64,000 nucleotides of DNA from the NCBI GenBank assembly GCA_043824255.1, contig JBDRTG010000007.1:1641-65640 (forward strand). Reading direction: 5' to 3'. Positions 39,103 to 46,999 of this stretch are shown piece by piece (the first letter of the stretch is position 1; the number at the start of each line of letters is the position of its first letter). The DNA comes from a bacterium (GTDB taxonomy: Bacteria > JAHJDO01). The notes below the pieces were generated by a model, which ran no database searches, was not told the origin of the DNA, and saw only the letters and a list, made by a program, of their open reading frames with translations. Position numbers and translations under genes: made by a program.

Positions 39103-40336
39103 ACTTGCTATTAATGGCGGTCCGCCAACGAGAACTAAATCTTTTCCCAGATGGCCTGTTTTTGGAGAAGAAGAAAAGAAAGCTGTTTGTGATGTTATTG
39201 ACAGCAGCAAGTGGTGGTATGGAGAAAAGATTGCAGAATTTGAGAAAAAATTTGCTGATTTTCAGGGAGCGAAATACGCTGTAACAATATGTAATGGGAC
39301 AATTGGTTTAGAAGTTGCACTCATTGTTTGCGGGATTGGAGCTGGAGATGAGGTTATTGTTCCTGCTTACACATTTATAGCAACAGCAAGTTCTGTTCTC
39401 AAAGCAAATGCTATACCTGTTTTTGCTGATATCTCTGAACAGACCTTATGTATCAGTCCTGAAAGCATAGAAAAACTAATTACCAAAAAGACCAAAGCTA
39501 TTATCCCTGTTCATATAGCAGGTCAGCCAGCTGATATGGACAGGATTATGGAAATCGCAGCCAAGCATAATTTGAAGGTCATAGAAGACGCTGCACAGGC
39601 ATGGAGTGCCGAGTGGCACAATAGGGGAGTAGGCGCTATTGGAGATATAGGAGAGTTCAGTTTTCAAGCCAGCAAGAATTTGAATGCCGGGGAAGGAGGA
39701 ATACTCTTAACAAATAATAGCGAACTTGCAGAAGCTGTCCGCTCATACACAAATTGCGGCAGAGGAAAGGGCAAGGCATGGTATGAGCACTATACTCTTG
39801 CAGGAAATTACCGTATGACAGAGTTTCAGGCAGCGCTTTTACTTGTTCAGCTTACTAGGTTTGAGGGACTTGAGAATATACGCAGGAAAAACGCTGAATA
39901 TCTGAATAAAAAACTTTTAGAGATAGACGGTATACAAACTATACATACGGATCCAAGAGTAACAAAAAGGCCTTATCATATTTATATATTCAAGTATCTT
40001 GAAAACAAGTTTTGCGGCATTCCAAGAGAGCTCTTCTTAAAGGCTCTTGAAGCGGAGGGGATTCCATGCAGGCCCGGTTATCCATTTCCATTATATGAAA
40101 ATCCACTGTTCCAGAAGAAAGGAAAAGGACCTGGCTTTTGTCCGTTATCCTGCCCATATTATGGAAAGGAAATAGACTTCTCCAATACTTCCTGTCTTGT
40201 TACAGAACGAATCTCTAAAAAAGAAGCAGTTTGGCTAAGACAGGAAATGCTTCTCGGAACTAAAGAGGATATGGACGATGTTGCCAGAGCAATTAAAAAA
40301 ATCAAAGAAAATGTTGAAGAGCTAAGAGGAGGATAA
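39092..40336 (+). CDS. DegT/DnrJ/EryC1/StrS-family PLP-dependent sugar aminotransferase; start codon non-canonical or lost
   Basis: Frame 2 reads (I)FTKLAINGGPPTRTKSFPRWPVFGEEEKKAV...NGTIGLEVAL...GDEVIVPAYTFIATA...IPVHIAGQPADMD...FSFQASKNLNAGEGG (PLP Lys). No ATG, GTG or TTG is in frame before 39536. ATC 39092 lies 8 nt after GGAGGA, and ATT 39110 is an alternative. Confidence 0.7.
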   Translation: MFTKLAINGGPPTRTKSFPRWPVFGEEEKKAVCDVIDSSKWWYGEKIAEFEKKFADFQGAKYAVTICNGTIGLEVALIVCGIGAGDEVIVPAYTFIATASSVLKANAIPVFADISEQTLCISPESIEKLITKKTKAIIPVHIAGQPADMDRIMEIAAKHNLKVIEDAAQAWSAEWHNRGVGAIGDIGEFSFQASKNLNAGEGGILLTNNSELAEAVRSYTNCGRGKGKAWYEHYTLAGNYRMTEFQAALLLVQLTRFEGLENIRRKNAEYLNKKLLEIDGIQTIHTDPRVTKRPYHIYIFKYLENKFCGIPRELFLKALEAEGIPCRPGYPFPLYENPLFQKKGKGPGFCPLSCPYYGKEIDFSNTSCLVTERISKKEAVWLRQEMLLGTKEDMDDVARAIKKIKENVEELRGG

Positions 40337-40489
40337 ATGGCAAGACCTAATTATCAATATGAAAAACGTATGAAAGATTTGGCAAAAAAGAAAAAGCGGG
40401 AAGAAAAAAAACAACGCAAGCTAGATAAAAAAAATTTAAAGTCCAAAGAGAGCCCGGATCAATCTCGTGATGACGAAGAAAAACAGTAA
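40337..40489 (+). CDS. Small Lys/Glu-rich protein (50 aa), hypothetical
   Basis: MARPNYQYEKRMKDLAKKKKREEKKQRKLDKKNLKSKESPDQSRDDEEKQ. The ATG follows the degT stop immediately and is preceded by AGGAGGA. It overlaps the next gene by 23 nt. Confidence 0.35.
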   Translation: MARPNYQYEKRMKDLAKKKKREEKKQRKLDKKNLKSKESPDQSRDDEEKQ

Positions 40490-41210
40490 CGCAAAAACTG
40501 CTCTGATCATTGGTGGAAGCCGTGGTATAGGACGGGCCATAGCCCTGCGTCTTGCCAGGTCAGGATTTAATATATGGTTGACCTATAAAAGCAACCATGC
40601 TGCTGCTAAGAGGGTAAAAGCAGAGGTAGAGGAAATAGGAATGGCATGTGATACGCTCTCTTTTGACGTTTCCAACTATAATGAGACCGAAGCTGCTCTG
40701 GAGAAAAGGCTGGACGCTCACACTCCCTACATAGTTGTATATAACACAGGCATTACCAGAGACAATCTTTTAGTATGGATGACTAAGGAAGAATGGGATA
40801 CTGTTCTCTCTACAAACCTTGATGGGTTTTACAATGTAATGCACTTTGTTTTATTCCCAATGCTGCGGGAAAAACGGGGGCGCATTGTTGTTGTATCCTC
40901 AGCTTCCGGACAAGTTGGCCGTGCAGGACAGGTAAACTATTCTGCTTCAAAAGCAGGATTAATCGGCGCTGCTAAGGCGTTAGCGCTGGAGGTTGGCAAG
41001 AAGAATATTCTTGTTAATGTTGTTGCTCCGGGTGTGATTGAAACAGATATGATTGAAAATCTTCCTAAAGATAAGATACTTCCGCTTATTCCATTACAGA
41101 GGTTTGGTAATCCGGATGACGTTGCATCGGTAGTGAACTTTTTATGCACAGAAAAGCATATGTATATTCATGGTCAGGTCATTGGTATTAACGGTGGCCT
41201 GGCTCTCTAA
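40467..41210 (+). CDS. 3-oxoacyl-ACP reductase-like SDR (FabG/ApeQ-like ketoreductase)
   Basis: GGSRGIGRAIA, NTGI, SSASG and YSASKAG (catalytic Y-x3-K). Confidence 0.85.
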   Translation: MMTKKNSNAKTALIIGGSRGIGRAIALRLARSGFNIWLTYKSNHAAAKRVKAEVEEIGMACDTLSFDVSNYNETEAALEKRLDAHTPYIVVYNTGITRDNLLVWMTKEEWDTVLSTNLDGFYNVMHFVLFPMLREKRGRIVVVSSASGQVGRAGQVNYSASKAGLIGAAKALALEVGKKNILVNVVAPGVIETDMIENLPKDKILPLIPLQRFGNPDDVASVVNFLCTEKHMYIHGQVIGINGGLAL

Positions 41211-41222
41211 GGTTGTCTCTAT

Positions 41223-42725
41223 ATGAAAAAATATGACGACATAATTGTGGGAAGCGGTGTCAGCGGCCTAACACTTGCGCTTTTACTTGGCATGAACGGG
41301 CATAAAGTGCTGCTTGTTGAAAAAAACGCGCATATCGGAGGATCATTGAGGCGGTTTTATTCTCAAGGCATCCCTTTTGATACCGGATTTCACTTTACAG
41401 GCGGATTCTATAAAGACGGGATTCTTCAGGATATGCTGATGGTTCTTGGTATTAAAGATGATATCCAGCCCATTTATCTATCAGAGGAGAAAAATAACCA
41501 GTTTGTAATTGGCTCGGAAAAGACAACATATAATCTGCCAACTGGTTATCAGAGAACAATAGAAAAGATAAAGGAATACTTTCCCAGCGAAGAACATGCC
41601 ATAGACAAATATTTTACTATGGTCAAAAATGTTTGTAATCAGACTGCTGCCATGGAGTTGCGTAAAATTTCTGTGCCAACAACTCTTTTGGATGAGAATT
41701 TTCTAAGTCTTAATGATGTTCTAAACAAATTGACTGACAATCCTAAGTTGAAAGCGCTACTGGCTGGGTACAGCATGTGTTACGGGGTCAAACCTCAAGA
41801 GATTTCATTTGCCAATCACAGCAGAATCTGTTACAGCCTGTATGAATCCGTTGCCAGAGTAAAGGACGGCGGTGATGCATTTATCAGCGCATTTCAGAAA
41901 CATTTTAAGGAGTTTAATATTGAAATTATGTGCAATAGGTATATTACAGAATGCGTCGATATTCAGAATAATTGCGTGGGACGCTTTGTGCTGAATAGCG
42001 GAGAAGAAATATCTTGTGACCAGTGCATCTTTACAATACATCCCACGGAGGTATTAAAAACTTTGCCTAAGAACCATTTGAGCAAGGCTTTTGTTGATAG
42101 GGTCTCAGCATTTGAATCGTCAGCAGGCTTCTTTTCAGTGTATGGTGTTGTGGAATCTCCTAGCTTAGCAGATGACTTTACCCCAACAATCACCTCTCTA
42201 TTTCCAACAGCGGATATAAACCAGTTGCTTGATCCGGGAAATAGCGCGATGCCGGCTATGGTAATTATGCAGAATGAGGAAGAAGTAAAGGGGAAATCCT
42301 ATCATGTATTGAGCGCGCTTGAAGTATCTTTCCCTGAGCATGTAGAAGCATGGAAGCTTTCAAAGCATGGGAATCGCCCTTCTGACTACCGGAAATATAA
42401 ACAACAACATGTTAGCAGTATCAAAGAGCGTATTATTGAAAAATTCCCGGAGTATAAGGATTCTTTTAAAGTAATAGATTCTGCATCTATCCTGACATTC
42501 AGAGATTATTTGAATTCTCCCGATGGCGCAGCGTATGGTGTGAAACAGAAAATCGGACAGTTTAATCTTTTTGGAAAGCTTCCTCTTCGCAATATATATG
42601 CTGCCGGCCAGAGCTCTATGCTGCCGGGAGTGGTAGGGGCAATGATGTCTTCATTTATTGTTGGAAGAACTATTGTTGGAAAAGGAAAATATAATCATTT
42701 TATTGAGCAGAGATTATGCAGTTAA
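41223..42725 (+). CDS. FAD-dependent oxidoreductase, phytoene-desaturase (CrtI/RetSat) superfamily
   Basis: N-terminal dinucleotide fold DIIVGSGVSGLTLALLLGMNGHKVLLVEKNAHIGG, 500 aa, and C-terminal NIYAAGQS. Confidence 0.75.
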   Translation: MKKYDDIIVGSGVSGLTLALLLGMNGHKVLLVEKNAHIGGSLRRFYSQGIPFDTGFHFTGGFYKDGILQDMLMVLGIKDDIQPIYLSEEKNNQFVIGSEKTTYNLPTGYQRTIEKIKEYFPSEEHAIDKYFTMVKNVCNQTAAMELRKISVPTTLLDENFLSLNDVLNKLTDNPKLKALLAGYSMCYGVKPQEISFANHSRICYSLYESVARVKDGGDAFISAFQKHFKEFNIEIMCNRYITECVDIQNNCVGRFVLNSGEEISCDQCIFTIHPTEVLKTLPKNHLSKAFVDRVSAFESSAGFFSVYGVVESPSLADDFTPTITSLFPTADINQLLDPGNSAMPAMVIMQNEEEVKGKSYHVLSALEVSFPEHVEAWKLSKHGNRPSDYRKYKQQHVSSIKERIIEKFPEYKDSFKVIDSASILTFRDYLNSPDGAAYGVKQKIGQFNLFGKLPLRNIYAAGQSSMLPGVVGAMMSSFIVGRTIVGKGKYNHFIEQRLCS

Positions 42726-43951
42726 AACGGGTAGTAATAACTGGTGTTGGAGCTGTTTCTCCTTTAGGCAATGACGTTCCTGCTCTTACTGCGGGAATTG
42801 AACAAAGGAAAAGCGCTGTTCGTTATATGGAGGATTGGAACCAGTACATTGGCCTGCGCAGTTTAGTTGCAGCACCTGCGGAAGTTAAAAATGAAAAATT
42901 GATACCGCGTCAGAACAGACGATCAATGGGAAGAATGAGTATTTTTGCGGCTCAGGCAGCTCAGCAAGCTCTGTCAGACGCTAATATAGACCGTGAAGCA
43001 TTATCTACAGGAAGGATTGGATGTATTATTGGGTCAACTACAGGAAGCGCTCAAAGCCTCACCGAGACCTTTGAAATTATGATTCCAGCAAAGGATCTAA
43101 CTCAGCTCAATTCAACAAAATTCTTTCAGTGCATTTCCCATACAGCAGCGATGAATGTATCTCAGTATCTGGGAATAACCGGTTGCGTTATGGCAACCTC
43201 TGCCGCGTGCGCATCTGCATTACAAGCTATTGGAGCAGGCTGTGATCTGATCAGGTTAGGCAAACAAGATGCGCTATTATGCGGCGGTGCGGAAGAAATT
43301 CATCCAACTGTTACTGGATCTTTTGATATTCTTTTTGCAACATCAACAAATTATAATCAATCTCCTCATAAAACCCCGCGGCCTTTTGACGTAAAACGGG
43401 ACGGTTTGGTATGTGGAGAAGGAAGCGGGATACTTGTTCTGGAGGAGTATGAAAGGGCTGTAGCAAGAAAGGCGAAAATATACGCTGAAGTTATCGGATA
43501 TCATACATGCGGAAATGGCGCTCATATCAGCCAGTCCAGCAGAGTTGGTATGGTTTCATGCATCAGTAGTGCCTTAAGCAATGCGCATATTGAACCAAAA
43601 GATGTTGATTATATAAATGCTCATGCAACAGCAACGGTGCAGGGCGACAAGGAAGAAGCTCAGGCAATAAAGGAGATATTTGGTGATTGTGTTCCAGTAA
43701 GCAGTTTGAAGGGATATATCGGACATACGCTCGGCGCATCAGGGGCATTGGAACTGATTGCTTCTTTGGCAATGATGGAAAAAGGGTGCATATATCCTAC
43801 TCTAAATCTTGAGACAGTAAGTCCGGATTGCGAGGGCATTTATCATGTAATGAAGCCCTTAAGCAGAGAAATCAAAATTATGGTGAAAAATTGTTTTGCG
43901 TTCGGCGGAATCAACGCAGCGCTGGTGTGCAAAAGAATGACTAATTTATAG
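42716..43951 (+). CDS. Beta-ketoacyl-ACP synthase (FabF/ApeR-like, complete Cys-His-His triad)
   Basis: RVVITGVGAVSPLGN, ATSAACASALQAIG (Cys), INAHATAT (His) and GHTLGASG (His). Confidence 0.9.
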   Translation: MQLKRVVITGVGAVSPLGNDVPALTAGIEQRKSAVRYMEDWNQYIGLRSLVAAPAEVKNEKLIPRQNRRSMGRMSIFAAQAAQQALSDANIDREALSTGRIGCIIGSTTGSAQSLTETFEIMIPAKDLTQLNSTKFFQCISHTAAMNVSQYLGITGCVMATSAACASALQAIGAGCDLIRLGKQDALLCGGAEEIHPTVTGSFDILFATSTNYNQSPHKTPRPFDVKRDGLVCGEGSGILVLEEYERAVARKAKIYAEVIGYHTCGNGAHISQSSRVGMVSCISSALSNAHIEPKDVDYINAHATATVQGDKEEAQAIKEIFGDCVPVSSLKGYIGHTLGASGALELIASLAMMEKGCIYPTLNLETVSPDCEGIYHVMKPLSREIKIMVKNCFAFGGINAALVCKRMTNL

Positions 43952-43977
43952 ATATTTTGCCTTCGCAATGATATAAT
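43949..43977 (+). promoter_or_regulatory. Candidate sigma70-type promoter; would give a leaderless transcript
   Basis: TAGATA (43949-43954), a 17-nt spacer, then TATAAT (43972-43977). The ATG at 43984 is only 6 nt downstream of the -10 box. Confidence 0.4.
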
Positions 43978-43983
43978 TTGAAT

Positions 43984-44070
43984 ATGAGTAAAACGTTTGA
44001 AAGAATCAAAGAATTAGTGCCGAAATATGAGATTAAAGTTTCTGATCATGGCTATGACGAGAAGGAGTAA
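43984..44070 (+). pseudogene. Truncated DUF4258-like toxin fragment
   Basis: MSKTFERIKELVPKYEIKVSDHGYDEKE-stop resembles the first third of DUF4258 proteins (..irelv..g.y..s.Ha..e..er.i). Only 28 codons remain. Confidence 0.3.
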
Positions 44071-44075
44071 TATCT

Positions 44076-44276
44076 ATGTTGAAGTATAAATTAAATAAAA
44101 AAGTCATTAAAATATCATCTTTGGATGAAAATGACGAAAAGGAATATTGGAGTTCAAAAACAACGACAGACAGATTAAAGGCAGTGGAATTAAATAGGAG
44201 GATAGTATATGGATATGCCAATACTTCCCCAAGATTTCAGAGATTTTTTGAAATTGCTCAACTCAAAAAAAATTGA
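44076..44276 (+). CDS. Small protein, likely partner/antitoxin of the downstream nucleotidyltransferase
   Basis: The 66-aa protein reads ...DENDEKEYWSSKTTTDRLKAVELNRRIVYGY...PRFQRFFEI. I recall this pattern upstream of this nucleotidyltransferase type. It overlaps the next ORF by 68 nt. Confidence 0.4.
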   Translation: MLKYKLNKKVIKISSLDENDEKEYWSSKTTTDRLKAVELNRRIVYGYANTSPRFQRFFEIAQLKKN

Positions 44277-44658
44277 GTATTTGCTGATAGGTGGTTATGC
44301 AGTCGGTTATTATGGGTATCCGCGGGCAACGGCAGATATGGATATATGGATTGCTATTGCTAAAGAGAATGCTAAGAAGATAACAGAAGCAATAAAGGAA
44401 TTCGGCTTAAATGCTCCAGATTTATGCGAGGCTATTTTTCTTAAGCCTGGGAAAATCATCAGGATGGGATATCCTCCAATAAGAATAGAAGTGTTTACGG
44501 AAATATCGGGCGTAAATTTTGAGGAATGTTTTTCCAGACGTACTGAAACCAAAATTGATGGAATAAAAGTTAACCTCATATCGTATGAGGACCTTTTGAA
44601 AAATAAAAAAGCAAGTGGCAGATACAAAGATTTAAATGATTTAGAAAATTTAAAATAG
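44209..44658 (+). CDS. Nucleotidyltransferase-fold protein (minimal NTase, TA-like)
   Basis: FLKLLNSKKIEYLLIGGYAVGYYGYPRATADMDIWIA shows the GG.A...G..R.T.D.D NTase signature. 149 aa. Confidence 0.6.
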   Translation: MDMPILPQDFRDFLKLLNSKKIEYLLIGGYAVGYYGYPRATADMDIWIAIAKENAKKITEAIKEFGLNAPDLCEAIFLKPGKIIRMGYPPIRIEVFTEISGVNFEECFSRRTETKIDGIKVNLISYEDLLKNKKASGRYKDLNDLENLK

Positions 44659-44670
44659 GAGGAATTTGGA

Positions 44671-44937
44671 ATGGATAAGCAGGAAATTATAGATAAAATA
44701 AATCAGGTATTTGAGGAATCCTTTGAGATCAAGAAAGAAAAACTCTTACCGCAAGCGAATATTTTTGAAGATCTGGGCCTGGACAGTTTAGATGTTGTGG
44801 ACCTGGTTGTTGCCTTACAGCAGAAGTTTGGCATTAAAATACGCGATGACCAACGCCTCAGAAACATCCGAACACTTGAGGATATTTACAAATTTGTTCT
44901 CACTTTAAAAGATGAAGAAAAAAAAGCAGTTAATTAA
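44671..44937 (+). CDS. Acyl carrier protein
   Basis: An 88-aa protein with the phosphopantetheine site EDLGLDSLDVVDLV. Confidence 0.9.
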   Translation: MDKQEIIDKINQVFEESFEIKKEKLLPQANIFEDLGLDSLDVVDLVVALQQKFGIKIRDDQRLRNIRTLEDIYKFVLTLKDEEKKAVN

Positions 44938-44942
44938 TTGGA

Positions 44943-45695
44943 ATGAAGACCTTAAAGCTGATATATTTTAACATAGTGTTTTATACACTGTTCTTATCGT
45001 TCTCTATATTTAGTATTCCCATTTTAAGTTTATCTGTTATTTTTCTTGGTTTATTTTCATCTCATCGCAACACTATGAAGCGATTTCGCAGAGCAATCAA
45101 TTGGTACGGCAATGTTATTATTCGGGTTCTTCCGTTCCCTTTTGTGCGTTTCAGCTATAAAGATTATGCAAAGAATAAAAGCAGAGGTCCGTATATTTTT
45201 GTTTGTAATCACCGCTCCAGCTCAGATCCATTCTTGATTGGATGTCTTCCCTATGAACTTATTCAAGTTGTGAATACATGGCCATTTCGTCTTCCGGTGC
45301 TGGGGATATTTGCAAGATGGGCGGGTTATTTGAATGTCAAGAGAATGCAGTTCAAGAAATTTTCCTATAAAACAATCGAATTACTCAGACAGGGAGTTTC
45401 CATTGTTGCATTTCCTGAAGGAACACGTTCTGTAAACAAAAAAATCGGACAGTTTCACAGCTCAATCTTTCGCATTGCCTTGCAAGCGCAATGTCCAATT
45501 GTACCTATATGCATTTCAGGAAATGAGAATATCCCTCCACGCGGATCGCTTCTCTTGCATCAGGGAATAATCAGGCTGCACAAATTGCCAGGTCTTGAAT
45601 GGGAACAATACAAGGATTTAGGGCCGTTTAAGCTTAAAAACAAAGTGCGTGATATTATGGCTTCGGAGCTTGCTGCTATGGAGGAGGGGGCATGA
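44943..45695 (+). CDS. Lysophospholipid acyltransferase (PlsC/LPLAT family, ApeD-like)
   Basis: N-terminal TM helix, the H-x4-D motif CNHRSSSDPF, and FPEGTRS. Confidence 0.85.
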   Translation: MKTLKLIYFNIVFYTLFLSFSIFSIPILSLSVIFLGLFSSHRNTMKRFRRAINWYGNVIIRVLPFPFVRFSYKDYAKNKSRGPYIFVCNHRSSSDPFLIGCLPYELIQVVNTWPFRLPVLGIFARWAGYLNVKRMQFKKFSYKTIELLRQGVSIVAFPEGTRSVNKKIGQFHSSIFRIALQAQCPIVPICISGNENIPPRGSLLLHQGIIRLHKLPGLEWEQYKDLGPFKLKNKVRDIMASELAAMEEGA

Positions 45696-46999
45696 GAGAT
45701 TTATATCGTTATCATGATATATCATTTAGTTCCCCGGAAGAAATCAGGGAGATTCAGGAAAGGCAGTTACAGGAGCACATTGCATACTGTATCAAACATT
45801 CTCCTTTTTACAGCAAGTCGCTGAAGAATATCAAAGCTGAATGCAGCAATATAACGATTGATCAGCTATCAAAACTTCCCTTTACTGAGAAGTCTGATAT
45901 TGAGCAAAATAATGACGATTTTTGCGCAGTTACTTCTGATAAGATTGTTGATATTGTTTTATCTTCAGGAACAACAGGCAAACCGATCAGGATGACGTAT
46001 ACTGATTATGATTTAAAGCGGCTTGCCTATAACGAGGAAAGATCGTTTACAGGATGCGGTCTGACTTCTAATGATACGGTGTTATTAACCTGCACAATGG
46101 ATCGCTGTTTCGTTGCAGGCCTGGCGTATTTTCTTGGGATACGCAGTGTTGGCGCAGCAGCTATTAGAAACGGGCATAGCAGCCTTGAGAGTCACCTGCA
46201 GATCATAAAACAAATGAATCCAACAACTCTTATCGGAGTTCCGAGTTTTCTCAGAAAACTGGGTTTATACTTAAAGGAAAACGGAATGAATCCTGATAAA
46301 ACCGCTGTGTCCAAACTGGTTTGTATTGGTGAACCGTTACGTGGAGAAAATCTTGAATTATTAAAAGTAGGAGATGATCTTCATAGCATATGGCAGGCAC
46401 AGGCTTTTTCCACATACGCTTCTTCTGAGATTGTAACTACCTTCTGTGAATGTAGGGCTCAGCAAGGAGGGCATCTTCTTCCTGACCTGGCAGTTGTAGA
46501 GATTATTGATAAAAACGGCACAGTTCTTCCTCCTGGCAATATAGGCGAAATCGTTGTAACGCCAATGGCAGTAGAAGGAATGCCTTTGATACGGTTTAAG
46601 ACAGGTGATGTAAGTTTCCTGATTGATGAGCAATGCTCTTGTGAGCGGTTTTCTCCAAGGCTGGGACCGATTCTGGGGAGAAAAAAACAAATGATGAAAA
46701 TCAAAGGAACGACTCTGTATCCACAGGCAATATATTCTGCCTTAGAAGAGATTGAGACAATAAATGACTATTATGTAACAGTATCCGGAGAAAGCGAACT
46801 TTCAGATATCATAGAAATCAATGTATCAGTTAATGACCCGTCATGCACTGCAGATATGATACAGAATAAACTTCAAGCGTGTCTGAGAGTAAAGCCTGAG
46901 GTAGTAATCGCTGATTCGGAAACCATTAAACAGAAGGTATATGATCCAAAGTCGCGAAAGCCAATTCGCTTTATAGATAGGAGACAAACAAAACAGTGA
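45692..46999 (+). CDS. Adenylate-forming ligase, phenylacetate-CoA ligase (PaaK / F390-synthetase) type
   Basis: LSSGTTGKPIRM, GEIVVTP and about 435 aa. An ATGA overlap joins it to the acyltransferase gene. Confidence 0.8.
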   Translation: MRDLYRYHDISFSSPEEIREIQERQLQEHIAYCIKHSPFYSKSLKNIKAECSNITIDQLSKLPFTEKSDIEQNNDDFCAVTSDKIVDIVLSSGTTGKPIRMTYTDYDLKRLAYNEERSFTGCGLTSNDTVLLTCTMDRCFVAGLAYFLGIRSVGAAAIRNGHSSLESHLQIIKQMNPTTLIGVPSFLRKLGLYLKENGMNPDKTAVSKLVCIGEPLRGENLELLKVGDDLHSIWQAQAFSTYASSEIVTTFCECRAQQGGHLLPDLAVVEIIDKNGTVLPPGNIGEIVVTPMAVEGMPLIRFKTGDVSFLIDEQCSCERFSPRLGPILGRKKQMMKIKGTTLYPQAIYSALEEIETINDYYVTVSGESELSDIIEINVSVNDPSCTADMIQNKLQACLRVKPEVVIADSETIKQKVYDPKSRKPIRFIDRRQTKQ

